Below are positions 29,142-38,700 of a stretch of DNA of 64,000 nt, in pieces (positions within the stretch are counted from its first letter, which is position 1; the number at the start of each line of letters is the position of its first letter). Both the position numbers and the translations under genes were made by a program. The notes beneath the pieces were generated by a model. It searched no databases and was not told where the DNA came from. It saw only the letters and a program-made list of their open reading frames with translations. Source of the stretch: an uncultured Micavibrio sp. (GTDB taxonomy: Bacteria > Pseudomonadota > Alphaproteobacteria > Micavibrionales > UBA1664); the NCBI GenBank assembly GCA_964531715.1, contig CAZHEE010000005.1:21365-85364 (forward strand). The letters run 5' to 3'.

Positions 29142-30590
29142 ATGCAGATTGACCAAGTTATTAATGAGGCTGTAACGCCGCTTGCCGATATTTTATCTGG
29201 CATCATTTTTTTCAGCGTGCCTCTAGTGGAGGGCGTTTCACTTCCTCTCATCCTTGTTTTACTGGTTTCAATCGGATTATTCTCAACATTCTATTTCGGG
29301 TTTATCAATGTTCGTTATTTCAAGCGCGGGGTAGGTCTTGCCACGGGGCGAGTCACGCATCCGGAAGATGCAAAGGCCGAAGGGGATATCACTCCATTTC
29401 AAGCTTTGGCTACGACTTTGTCCGGTACAGTCGGGCTTGGAAATATTGCAGGGGTCGCGGTCGCCATATCCATCGGCGGGGCAGGGGCCGTGTTCTGGAT
29501 GGTTCTGATGGGATTATTTTCGATGTCGACAAAGTTTCTGGAGGCTTCACTCGGCGTTAAATACCGTATTAAAAATCAGCATGGCGATTTATCGGGCGGG
29601 CCAATGTACTATTTGCGCGATGGTTTAAGAGAGCTTGGTTGGCCAAAACTTGGCATGGTCCTCGCCGTTATCTTCGCCATCTGCTCCATAGGCGGCGCAT
29701 TTGGCGCAGGCAATATGTTTCAGGTTAATCAGGTTCATCAACAGCTTGTGAATGTGACCGGCGGGAATGAGGTGAGCTATTGGGCGGATAAAGGTTGGCT
29801 ATTCGGACTTGGCATTGCTGTATTGGTCGGTGCGGTTATTATCGGCGGCATTAAATCCATTGCGAATGTCGCCGCGAAAATTGTACCCACAATGGCGATC
29901 ATCTACCTTATTTCAGGGTTCATCGTCATTGGCGTAAACTATACAGAAATACCCACAGCTTTATCCACAATTATAACATCCGCCTTTTCATTGGAAGCAG
30001 GGCTCGGCGGATTGGTCGGTGCAATTATTCAGGGCGTACGCCGCGCGGCCTTTTCCAACGAAGCCGGTATCGGAAGCGCGGCTGTCGCGCACTCGGTTGC
30101 AAAAACACCTTTTCCCGTGGCTCAAGGGATGGTTGCCATGCTCGGCGCATTTGCCGATACGGTGATTATCTGCCTCATGACCGCGCTTGTGATACTGCTT
30201 AGCGGTGTCCCACTCACTTCCGAGGCTGGGATTGAGGGTGTAACCTTGACCTCAAGCGCATTTGAAACGGTTATGCCCTGGTATCCTTACGTCTTGGCTT
30301 TTGTTGTATTTTTATTTGCTTATTCAACAATGCTCACTTGGTCATATATCGGGTCAAAGGGAATAGAATTTCTCCTCGGTGATAATTATTATATTGATTT
30401 AGCCTATAAAATTATCTTTTGTCTGGTGATTATTGTCGGTGCATCGGCGTCACTGGATGTGATTATCGAGTTGTCCGATGCCATGTATTTCGCGATGGCA
30501 ATCCCTAATATTATCGGGCTTTATATCCTCGCCCCAAAAATTAAAGCAGAACTCAAAAAATATAAGCAACATATTTTGAATTATAAATAA
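29142..30590 (+). CDS. Alanine/glycine:sodium symporter (AGCS family)
   Basis: GGAGAVFWMVLMGLFSMSTKFLEASLGVKYR and AFSNEAGIGSAAVAHS are AGCS signature regions. Confidence 0.9.
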   Translation: MQIDQVINEAVTPLADILSGIIFFSVPLVEGVSLPLILVLLVSIGLFSTFYFGFINVRYFKRGVGLATGRVTHPEDAKAEGDITPFQALATTLSGTVGLGNIAGVAVAISIGGAGAVFWMVLMGLFSMSTKFLEASLGVKYRIKNQHGDLSGGPMYYLRDGLRELGWPKLGMVLAVIFAICSIGGAFGAGNMFQVNQVHQQLVNVTGGNEVSYWADKGWLFGLGIAVLVGAVIIGGIKSIANVAAKIVPTMAIIYLISGFIVIGVNYTEIPTALSTIITSAFSLEAGLGGLVGAIIQGVRRAAFSNEAGIGSAAVAHSVAKTPFPVAQGMVAMLGAFADTVIICLMTALVILLSGVPLTSEAGIEGVTLTSSAFETVMPWYPYVLAFVVFLFAYSTMLTWSYIGSKGIEFLLGDNYYIDLAYKIIFCLVIIVGASASLDVIIELSDAMYFAMAIPNIIGLYILAPKIKAELKKYKQHILNYK

Positions 30591-30619
30591 AGAGTCGTGT
30601 TATGGCCGCTTTAATTTTA

Positions 30620-30749
30620 CCACAGAGAGCACAGAGAGCACTGAGGTAAAGTAACGAAACTGCGCTCGAGATGACAATTTAATAAAATGCAAAGTCGTGC
30701 GAAGTTATGCGGAGTTTTGAACTCTTGTACTCTTATTACTCTGCGATTA
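30620..30749. repeat. Composite repeat built from pieces of two MITE-like families
   Basis: ccacagagagcacagagagcactgagg and gaactcttgtactcttattactctgcgatta match, in inverted orientation, 37169-37197 and 37128-37159. Between them sits a right-arm half-copy (gcgctcgagatgacaa) of the 27443 family. Confidence 0.7.
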
Positions 30750-30936
30750 GAATTTTATAGTTTAATTACACTTCAGCTTTTGCAAGGGATGCATATGAAA
30801 TGACATAATCTATGTCTATCACTGTTTACCTCTGTAGTTTAAATATTATGGACCCCGCATCACGTGCAAGGATGCGTTATAACTAACCATTTGTAATTTA
30901 ACCATTTTTTGACTTTTATACAACTTCATACAATGC

Positions 30937-30969
30937 TTATCCACAAGCTGAAAAATCATATGGGGATAA
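30937..30969. promoter_or_regulatory. Pair of inverted DnaA-box-like 9-mers
   Basis: TTATCCACA at 30937-30945 (+) and TTATCCCCA at 30961-30969 (-), upstream of the 1210-aa gene. A third perfect box lies at 35779-35787. Confidence 0.3.
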
Positions 30970-31048
30970 GGTGATTCGCATCCTTTCATAAGTAAAAATT
31001 TTCCGCTATCGCTATTTATACACTCAAAAAAATTCAGGTAGCGACAAA

Positions 31049-34000
31049 ATGACGGCAGAAAATCAAAAAAATATAGACATAAGCTATAAAAATGAAAATG
31101 CTCAAGAGAAGCCTGAAACGCTTAATCATTTTCGGTATCACTATAAACCGTCCGAAGCGCCGCATTACGATCGTGAGGATGAGCCGGATACTATTATTGC
31201 TCAACCATCAAAACCGCCTTTACGCCTCAAAAGAAGCTTGAGCCAGAAACTTGTTAAATCGATCATTATGGCTCTCTCATTAGTCTGGGTTGCCATTTGT
31301 GTCGCCTTTTTTATTATGGATAGTGGCTTTGCCATGCAAACACCTTATGAAACAGGGCTGTTCTTGGCGGGCATGTGCATGCCCCTGGCATTTTTATGGA
31401 TGATAATGTCTTACCTTCAACGCAATCGCGATATGCAATTTTATGCCGAGACTTTGCGAGCAGAAATGTATCATCTATTCTTCCCGTCCGAGGATGACAG
31501 CGAAAATGTGAATAAAGATATTGAGCGTATGGCGTTGCAGGCGGCAGAGCTGGCCGCAGCATCAAAGGCCGCCATGCAATCCATCCGCAAAACACGTCAA
31601 GGGCTTCGTATGGAAATTCGCGAATTTGCGGGATTTGCCAAAAAAACCGAGACTTATATTTCAAGCTTGTCTGAGACACTTGTTAAACGCGCAGAGAATG
31701 CTGAATCGCTCTTTTCGACCTTGGATGAGCGTTTGCAAACGATTGAAGGCCGATCTGATAAGGCGGTGACTATATGGGATGATGCGTCCGCTCGCATGGT
31801 AGAACGCGCGGCGGATATTGAGGCAACGCTTGAAAACAGCGCGGATCGCATTGTTCACATGGCGGCGCAAGCTGAACAAAAAGGCTTGTCTATACGCGCT
31901 AATCTTGATGAGACAATCATTACTTTCGACCAGACGCTGAATAACGGTGCTGATCGTATTATGGCAGGGCAAGACGCATTTAAAGCGCAACTGGATGGCT
32001 TTAAGCAAGCGGCCAATGATATCGGGCAGGAAGTTACGCGCATTGACACGATGATGGGTGACCATGTTGATAGCTTGCGCAATGTTACAGGGCAATCGGT
32101 TGAGACAATTACAAATGCAACCTCTCAAGTCACACAAGAGGCGAGTATTTTGGAAGAGTATACAAACCGCCTGACAGCGCAAGCGGATCACATGACAGAT
32201 GGCTTAAAAAATGTCATGGAGACTATGGAACAAAATGCAAGCGAAACACTTGAGCGGATTGAGGATGTTCAAATGCGTGTCAGCGATAATGTGAGCATTC
32301 TGGATACGACCTCGCTTCACTTGATTGACCAGTCCAAAAAGCTTGAACGCTCAACATCTCTGATTGAAAAGACTTTTGATACATTACGGAGCGAGATTGC
32401 GAATGACACGCATCGCACGGTTGAGGCTATTGAGAAAACGGTAAACCTTACGATAGAAAAATCAGCCGAAGCAACACAAGAAATGCTCAGTATGATCGAA
32501 GCTAACCAAGCGCATGTACAATCGCTTGCGGATGCCAAGGAAGAGCATGTTTCATATGCCGAAACTTATTTGAATACGCTGCAACAAACATATGAAGTAA
32601 TTCAAAATCATACCGTTGTAGCAGTTGAAGAGAGCGAAAAACTTTATCATACACTTGATACTAAAACCGAGTTGTTAAAGTCGGAATCTGTGCAACTTGC
32701 CGATCAGATTAAGGCTGTTACTGAAACGCTTCATTATCCGCTTGATTTGGTGAGTGATGCAGTCGCGCAAGTCGATAATAAGCATGAAGCCATTAATCAA
32801 ACATTGCAAAACCGCATTAGTGATTTGAGTGAGGCAGGGGATAAGGCCGCCGATATTATTCAAACAATCAGGCAGGATTTGCACACGCAAACGACTGAAA
32901 TCTCAACGCTTTCCGGTACTCTTATCACACATTCTAAAACCCTTAATCAGCAGCTCGCCGAAAATAAAAAGCTTATCGGTGAAACGATTGATGCAAATAT
33001 GAATGACGTTACACGCTATATTGAGGATATTGCGGATAAAAGCGGGCAAATTTCGATGAGTAGCTTTAATATTGTCAAGCATGTCGGGGATGCGAGTGAG
33101 GCTCTGTCTCAAGCTAGACAAGATTTTGATATAATGTTTAATCATGCAACCACATCAATGGATGAGGCAAGGAGTGACTTTGTTACACAAACCGATAACG
33201 TCGTTTCAAAAATGAACGCCATCACAGACATAACACGTGAAACGACTTTGCAGATTAGCCAAGCGGCGCAAGAGATTGAGCCTGTTTATAAGACAATTGA
33301 AAATGGCTCCCGCGCGGCGATGAGCGAGCTTCTCCATATTCAGGATGGTTATAATGACTTATCAGATTTGTCTTTCAATCGCATGAATGAGGCCGCGAAT
33401 TTATTTGATGAAAAACTCTCTCAAATTCAGTCAGGTTCTAAACAAGCACGTGAGTCACTCAACATAATTGGCAGCAGCATTAAAGATAATCTAAATGATA
33501 TTGAGTTATCCGCGGATAAGGCGCACGGGAAAATGCAAAAGCTGTCCTCCGCCATCAAAACGCAAGGTGATGATATTAATTTGCTCAGTGACCATGTGCT
33601 TGCCAAAATCGGCGGAACACAAAAAATTCTTCATGGGCATTTGCAGGATTTATCAGTTTCTATCGGGCTTGCCGTCACTCAAATTGAGGAAGCCGGCGAC
33701 AAGTTTGGCGACCAATCGGTGCGTATGCGACAGGATGCGGATATGATTGCCTCCGCCTTTGTTGAGGCCGGTGATTATATTGAGGCAAAAACTGACTCGC
33801 TTAAAAAGACATCGGTCAAAATGTCCGAATTCTGTGGCGCGATTGCATCCGATATTCACGATACCATTCAACATCTTGAGAAGAATAGCCGTGGCGCAAT
33901 CCATGAAATGAGCCAAGCTTCAGCGCAATTTGTTGAACAATCAAAAGAAATGGATAGTGTTTTGACCTTATCAGTCAATAATTCAAAAGAAGGCTTTATC

Positions 34001-34681
34001 ACTCTTCGGAATGAAGTCAAACAGCTATCCGATGAGACAGTGCAATCGGTTTCCTTCGTTAATGATGCCAATCACGAATTGTTAAAAACAGTAAATGAAG
34101 TCGGCAGTCAAGCGAAGTCGGTAATGACCTGCCTTGATATCTCGAAAGACAGTCTGGCTGAGCAATCTGCGCACTATCTTGCGGTTTTGAATAAGTCTGC
34201 CAATTTTGCGGAGCAAACAAGCGCGATTTTTACATCCCAAACGGATAATTTGATTAAGGCATCCAAGCTTGCGACTGATAAAATCGCTGACATCAGAGCA
34301 GGGGAACTGGAGGCGGGACGCGAAACTTTCCTGAATGCAACACGGTTTGTGATGGAAAGCCTGCATTCCCTTTCGGTTGATGTTGTACGCACATTGGATG
34401 GCGATATTCAAAGTCGTGACTGGAAGGCTTATCAAAATGGTGATATCGCCATTTTCACCGGAAAACTTGTTGAGCGTTTGGATCAAATACGATCAGATAT
34501 GGTGCGTCATAAATATGCAGAGGATCATGATTTCCGAAGCTATGTTCAGAAGTTTATCCGACAATATGAAGATGTGCTCACCCAGGCCGATACGGTTGAC
34601 CGTGGTGCGGTTTTGGGAACTGTGTTCGTGGCATCAGATATCGGTAAAATTTATCGTTTTTTATGCACGATCAAAGGCTGA
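31049..34681 (+). CDS. Membrane-anchored giant coiled-coil protein (1210 aa)
   Basis: Two N-terminal TM helices (IIMALSLVWVAICVAFFIM; LFLAGMCMPLAFLWMIMSYL) are followed by more than 1000 aa of heptad-like, Q/E/A/T-rich helix and then a compact C-terminal domain (RDWKAYQNGDIAIFTGKLVERL...). Confidence 0.75.
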   Translation: MTAENQKNIDISYKNENAQEKPETLNHFRYHYKPSEAPHYDREDEPDTIIAQPSKPPLRLKRSLSQKLVKSIIMALSLVWVAICVAFFIMDSGFAMQTPYETGLFLAGMCMPLAFLWMIMSYLQRNRDMQFYAETLRAEMYHLFFPSEDDSENVNKDIERMALQAAELAAASKAAMQSIRKTRQGLRMEIREFAGFAKKTETYISSLSETLVKRAENAESLFSTLDERLQTIEGRSDKAVTIWDDASARMVERAADIEATLENSADRIVHMAAQAEQKGLSIRANLDETIITFDQTLNNGADRIMAGQDAFKAQLDGFKQAANDIGQEVTRIDTMMGDHVDSLRNVTGQSVETITNATSQVTQEASILEEYTNRLTAQADHMTDGLKNVMETMEQNASETLERIEDVQMRVSDNVSILDTTSLHLIDQSKKLERSTSLIEKTFDTLRSEIANDTHRTVEAIEKTVNLTIEKSAEATQEMLSMIEANQAHVQSLADAKEEHVSYAETYLNTLQQTYEVIQNHTVVAVEESEKLYHTLDTKTELLKSESVQLADQIKAVTETLHYPLDLVSDAVAQVDNKHEAINQTLQNRISDLSEAGDKAADIIQTIRQDLHTQTTEISTLSGTLITHSKTLNQQLAENKKLIGETIDANMNDVTRYIEDIADKSGQISMSSFNIVKHVGDASEALSQARQDFDIMFNHATTSMDEARSDFVTQTDNVVSKMNAITDITRETTLQISQAAQEIEPVYKTIENGSRAAMSELLHIQDGYNDLSDLSFNRMNEAANLFDEKLSQIQSGSKQARESLNIIGSSIKDNLNDIELSADKAHGKMQKLSSAIKTQGDDINLLSDHVLAKIGGTQKILHGHLQDLSVSIGLAVTQIEEAGDKFGDQSVRMRQDADMIASAFVEAGDYIEAKTDSLKKTSVKMSEFCGAIASDIHDTIQHLEKNSRGAIHEMSQASAQFVEQSKEMDSVLTLSVNNSKEGFITLRNEVKQLSDETVQSVSFVNDANHELLKTVNEVGSQAKSVMTCLDISKDSLAEQSAHYLAVLNKSANFAEQTSAIFTSQTDNLIKASKLATDKIADIRAGELEAGRETFLNATRFVMESLHSLSVDVVRTLDGDIQSRDWKAYQNGDIAIFTGKLVERLDQIRSDMVRHKYAEDHDFRSYVQKFIRQYEDVLTQADTVDRGAVLGTVFVASDIGKIYRFLCTIKG

Positions 34682-34727
34682 AATCTTAACTTTTAAGATA
34701 CTTTAAAACCCTATACTATATTTTATT

Positions 34728-34794
34728 GTCACCCTGAACTTGTTTCAGGGTCTGGATGGAGTTTGTGTAGATCCTGAAATAAATTCAGGATGAC
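34728..34794. repeat. Palindromic MITE-like element (gtca(c/t)cctgaacttgtttcagg...tgaaa(t/c)aaattcag(g/t)(a/g)tgac family)
   Basis: Inverted termini; the second copy is at 53542-53603. Both lie just downstream of the stop of a + strand gene (47 nt and 4 nt). Confidence 0.8.
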
Positions 34795-34833
34795 AGCTTT
34801 TGGTTAAGAAAAACAAGTTTGTATTAGGGTTTT

Positions 34834-35766
34834 ATGATTACAAAAGACGGCGTCAAAATCAGTGAAGGCATATCGGGATTATCGGACAGCTATCAAGGCT
34901 TCCTGATTGATCAATTCGGTGTGTTGCATAATGGTGAGGCACTATTTCCAGAGACGTTAGAAACGCTACGGCATCTAAAGGCAAGGCATAAACAAATTAT
35001 CTTGATATCAAATTCGGGTCGCATGGCCGCACAAAATATTCAACAGCTTGAGGCGATGGGGCTAACGCAAGATTATTACGATAATATTGTCACCTCGGCC
35101 GAGGCAACGCGGCAAAATCTTGATAAACCTGAAGACAGCCTGTTTAAAAATATCGGTAAAAAATGCTATCTGATGTCGCGGAAAGGCAATACCTATCTGA
35201 TTGATGATTTAAAAGCCATAGAACAAACCGTTAATTTGAATGAGGCTGATTTCATTCTATTGACAGGCTCTGATGCGCCTGAGAAAACTTTTGAAAATTA
35301 TTATGATGCAATTTTGAAGGAAGCCTCGCGTCTCAACATTAAAATGATATGCGCCAACCCTGAAAAAACGATGACAATTCAAGGACAGCAACATTTCGGC
35401 AGTGGTGAGATTGCAAGACGATATGAAGAGGTCGGCGGCGTTGTAACCTATATCGGCAAACCATTTCCGGCCTTATTTCAACATGCATTGAAACTGTTTG
35501 ATAATTTATATCCTTCGCAAGTTTGTGTCATTGGCGATTCCTTTGCGGCGGATATGCGCGGCGCACGCTATCTCGATTTGGATTGCGCACTCATCGCAAG
35601 CGGTATGCATAGCGGTTCTTTTTCTAAAGTCTCCAACACAAATGATATTTCTAAGATGCTGTCGCTGCTTGGTAAAAATCATGGCGTGATGCCGACTTAT
35701 TTCGTGCCGCGCTTTCACTGGGGGAAAGACCTTCCCGATCGAAAGAATAAATTGCGGAAAAGCTGA
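34834..35766 (+). CDS. HAD-superfamily subfamily IIA hydrolase
   Basis: Motif I FLIDQFGVLHNG and motif II ILISNS, with a GDS...D C-terminal motif (VIGDSFAADMRGA). Confidence 0.8.
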   Translation: MITKDGVKISEGISGLSDSYQGFLIDQFGVLHNGEALFPETLETLRHLKARHKQIILISNSGRMAAQNIQQLEAMGLTQDYYDNIVTSAEATRQNLDKPEDSLFKNIGKKCYLMSRKGNTYLIDDLKAIEQTVNLNEADFILLTGSDAPEKTFENYYDAILKEASRLNIKMICANPEKTMTIQGQQHFGSGEIARRYEEVGGVVTYIGKPFPALFQHALKLFDNLYPSQVCVIGDSFAADMRGARYLDLDCALIASGMHSGSFSKVSNTNDISKMLSLLGKNHGVMPTYFVPRFHWGKDLPDRKNKLRKS

Positions 35767-35842
35767 CATCTCATTTACTTATCCACATGTTATAATTGCT
35801 TTTATACATACACACTTGCGGGCATAATGTGACTCACATGAA

Positions 35843-36649
35843 ATGGTTGCAATGCGTTTTCCCGTTTTATTTCATCTATCTGCGCTGACGATTTTACTGT
35901 CTTGTACGCCCGTTAATAATCAGGGTGGTGATGATATGGTTGTTGATGGTAATCAGGCAGTTAACCCAAATGTACTATATAAACTACCTCTAGCGCAGGA
36001 GCGGGGTATGAACACCTCAATCATGGATGATCGTCTTCGCACTATGGTGAATGAGGCAAGCGATATTGAAAAACAGGTTGAGATGCTGGTCAATCGTCTT
36101 CACAGTTTGCGTGATGATATTGCAGGCCTAGAGCTCGTTGAAAAAGTGAGCGTCAAAGCCGATTTGGAGCCTTCTATACAGCAAGCAACGGCACAACCCG
36201 CAAGCCTAATTGTTGATAACATAGTTAATGATTTGGCAAAGCCTGCTATTGAGCCAGAACCTGTGATCGCTAAACCTGAACCGCAAATTATACAGCCTGT
36301 AAAAAAAGCCGCATCAAAACCGCAAAAACTGATGACCTCAAATAAAGAAGGTATTTTTAATGTCCGCCATGGCATTCATGCGGATAAGACACGGCTTGTG
36401 TTCGATATTAATGGTTCAACCATACATAATATGCAATTTGATGAAGAGGTGGGCATTGTCACGCTTACACTTCCCGAAACAAAATGGGTTGCGGCTTCTG
36501 GTGAGGTTTTTAATAAAGGTCGCATTTCTGGCTACGAAGCAAAAAATACAGGGGCAGGGACAATCATCGCAGTCGGCTTGAACAAGGCAAGGAAAGCCGA
36601 AATTTTTGCGCTTCAAAGCCCGTCACGGTTGGTGCTTGATATTTATTAA
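35843..36649 (+). CDS. Lipoprotein with a C-terminal AMIN domain
   Basis: Lipobox LLSC, a short coiled coil, a Pro-rich linker, then an AMIN-like domain (VRHGIHADKTRLVFDINGS...SPSRLVLDIY). Confidence 0.65.
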   Translation: MVAMRFPVLFHLSALTILLSCTPVNNQGGDDMVVDGNQAVNPNVLYKLPLAQERGMNTSIMDDRLRTMVNEASDIEKQVEMLVNRLHSLRDDIAGLELVEKVSVKADLEPSIQQATAQPASLIVDNIVNDLAKPAIEPEPVIAKPEPQIIQPVKKAASKPQKLMTSNKEGIFNVRHGIHADKTRLVFDINGSTIHNMQFDEEVGIVTLTLPETKWVAASGEVFNKGRISGYEAKNTGAGTIIAVGLNKARKAEIFALQSPSRLVLDIY

Positions 36650-37041
36650 GCAAGAATAGCCATTAATCTTTCGGGAATGCGAACGGCTTTGCCTGTTTTA
36701 ACATCAACGCAAACCAGTTTTACCATGAGGGTTGCTAGCGGCTGATCCTCACGATTCACAACTTGTTTCATTAAGAAAGATGTGCGCCCTGTCTCCTCAA
36801 TCGTGCTTGTGACGGTGAGTAAATCTTCTAACCGCGCCATCGCGGTATAGTTAATGTCGATATGGCGAACAACGATAACGATGTCATATTCTTCACGAAT
36901 ATCAAAATTGGTGAGACCTGCATCGCGCATCATTTCTGTCCGCGCACGTTCAGCAAACTTTAGATAATTTGCGTGATAGACAATCCCTCCCGCGTCAGTG
37001 TCTTCGTAATAAATGCGGATGTTAAAATTGTGACTTTTCAT
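36646..37041 (-). CDS. ybgC: YbgC-type acyl-CoA thioesterase (4HBT fold)
   Basis: RIYYEDTDAGGIVYHANYLKFAERARTEMMR. It follows ruvB, as in many Proteobacteria. Confidence 0.85.
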   Translation of the reverse strand: MKSHNFNIRIYYEDTDAGGIVYHANYLKFAERARTEMMRDAGLTNFDIREEYDIVIVVRHIDINYTAMARLEDLLTVTSTIEETGRTSFLMKQVVNREDQPLATLMVKLVCVDVKTGKAVRIPERLMAILA

Positions 37042-37093
37042 GAAAAGCTTTTAGCATGGTTTGATAAAATATTTAAACGCAAAGTTTTCTATG

Positions 37094-37253
37094 TGTCATT
37101 GCGGCAAAGACCTCAATTCAGTAAACTTTAATCGCAGAGTTATAGAGTAAGAGGAGTTCATTCTTTTATCTCTCAGTGTTCTCTGTGTACTCCGTGGTTA
37201 AAAAACTGATTGTTTATGGGTTTCTGCGCTCTTATTACTTACTCGCAATGACA
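37094..37253. repeat. 160-bp MITE-like element with tgtcattgcg / cgcaatgaca termini
   Basis: Perfect 10-bp terminal inverted repeats. The internal segments are shared, in inverted orientation, with 30620-30749. Confidence 0.8.
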
Positions 37254-37273
37254 ATGGATTTTTTATCCGTAGC

Positions 37274-38293
37274 TTAAAAAAGACCATCATCCGTAACAGG
37301 TGCAATTAACCCTAAATGTTTGTAGGCTTTTTCGGTCACGGTACGCCCTCTGGGTGTACGCTGAATAAGCCCTTGCTGGAGTAGATAAGGCTCGATCACA
37401 TCCTCAAGCACATCGCGCTGTTCTGATAATGCCGCGGCGAGGGTATCCAGCCCGACCGGTCCGCCTTTGTAATTCTCAATTATGATTGAGAGATAACGGC
37501 GATCCATATTATCCAGACCAAAACCATCAATATCAAGCTGTCGCAACGCTTTGTCAGCGATTTCTGAAGAAATAACCTCAACATTCGCCACTTGGGCGAA
37601 ATCACGAACACGGCGGATGAGCCGCCCTGCAATCCTCGGCGTTCCACGGCATCGTGATGCAATTTCCGCGGCGCCGCTCTCATCCAATGTTACATTCAGA
37701 AGAGAAGCCGAACGGCTGATAATTTTTTGCAATTCATCAGGCGTATAAAATTCGAGCCTGAGCGGTATGCCGAAACGGTCACGCAAAGGGTTGCTCACCA
37801 TGCCACTGCGCGTTGTTGCGCCGATAAGCGTGAAAGCCGGCAGCTCAATTTGAACCGAGCGTGCGGCAGGGCCCTCCCCAATCACAATATCAAGCTTCCC
37901 ATCCTCCATCGCGGGATAGAGGATTTCCTCAACAGCAGGATTAAGCCTGTGAATCTCATCAATGAACAACACATCAAAGTCTTGAACATTTGTAAGGATC
38001 GCCGCCAAATCGCCTGCGCGTGCAATCACCGGCCCTGAGGTGGCCTTAAAACCAACGCCAAGCTCCTTCGCAACGATTTGTGCCAAAGTTGTTTTCCCTA
38101 AACCTGGCGGCCCATGAAGCAGAACATGGTCGAGGGCTTCCTGCCTTGCGCGTGCCGCCTGAACAAAGACAGAGAGATTGGCTTTTAATTTCTTCTGCCC
38201 TGTAAAATCGGCAAGCGATTGCGGGCGGAGCGCGGGGTCTTCCCGTTCTCCCGCCGCTAATTCTCTGTTTAAATCTTCTACGCGCTCTTGCAT
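37274..38293 (-). CDS. ruvB: Holliday junction branch migration ATPase RuvB
   Basis: [12 protein letters not shown], Walker [10 protein letters not shown] and Walker B FIDEIHRL. The start is set at ATG 38293 (MQERVEDLN...); the track start at 38386 would overlap the GNAT gene. Confidence 0.95.
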   Translation of the reverse strand: MQERVEDLNRELAAGEREDPALRPQSLADFTGQKKLKANLSVFVQAARARQEALDHVLLHGPPGLGKTTLAQIVAKELGVGFKATSGPVIARAGDLAAILTNVQDFDVLFIDEIHRLNPAVEEILYPAMEDGKLDIVIGEGPAARSVQIELPAFTLIGATTRSGMVSNPLRDRFGIPLRLEFYTPDELQKIISRSASLLNVTLDESGAAEIASRCRGTPRIAGRLIRRVRDFAQVANVEVISSEIADKALRQLDIDGFGLDNMDRRYLSIIIENYKGGPVGLDTLAAALSEQRDVLEDVIEPYLLQQGLIQRTPRGRTVTEKAYKHLGLIAPVTDDGLF

Positions 38294-38700
38294 TAGGCTA
38301 ACAAATTTTCCAATCGTTTCATAAAATAATGCTGAGTGTGTTTTCCCGCAAAATTCGGTAAGGTACAAAATTCTACAAAGCCGCATTTTTTATAAAAACG
38401 AGGAGCTTGGAATGATAATGTAGAAGCAATAATTTTATTTGCCCCATGTGCCTTTGCAAAATTTTCTGCTTCTTGCATTAATTGTGTGGCAATACCTTGA
38501 TTTCTTTTCTCGACAATTAAGTTATTAATTTCGAAAGTATCCCAAGCAATATGACCATCGAGGCCACCTAAAAATTTACCATTTTCAGTGGCTTGAAATA
38601 TAACAGGTTTATAATTGACCTTTGGTTCAAAATGGTTGTTATAATCTTCTAATTTCCTAAGTATACGATCATCAGCCTGATTCAGTTTTTCAATATTCAC
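38293..38700 (-). CDS. GNAT-family N-acetyltransferase (135 aa) embedded between ruvA and ruvB
   Basis: Acetyl-CoA motif [24 protein letters not shown] and the C-terminal FYKKCGF. Its GTG start overlaps the ruvA TGA (GTGA), and its TAA stop overlaps the ruvB ATG by 1 nt. Confidence 0.8.
   Translation of the reverse strand: MNIEKLNQADDRILRKLEDYNNHFEPKVNYKPVIFQATENGKFLGGLDGHIAWDTFEINNLIVEKRNQGIATQLMQEAENFAKAHGANKIIASTLSFQAPRFYKKCGFVEFCTLPNFAGKHTQHYFMKRLENLLA

Noticed and set aside
30620-30647. A CRISPR-like or tandem repeat (cacagagagc acagagagca)
   Set aside because: It is only a two-unit 10-mer inside a dispersed MITE-like element. There are no spacers and no cas genes.
30591-31048. Chromosomal replication origin (two DnaA-box-like 9-mers in a 458-bp AT-rich spacer)
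   Set aside because: There are only two boxes. No dnaA, hemE or parAB context is present, no cluster of AT-rich unwinding repeats is recognisable, and much of the spacer is MITE-derived. I keep it only as a possible DnaA-regulated promoter.
38294-38386. An N-terminal extension of ruvB (track start at 38386)
   Set aside because: The extension lies over the 3' end of the GNAT gene and reads [17 protein letters not shown].., which is unlike RuvB. ATG 38293 gives a normal RuvB N-terminus.
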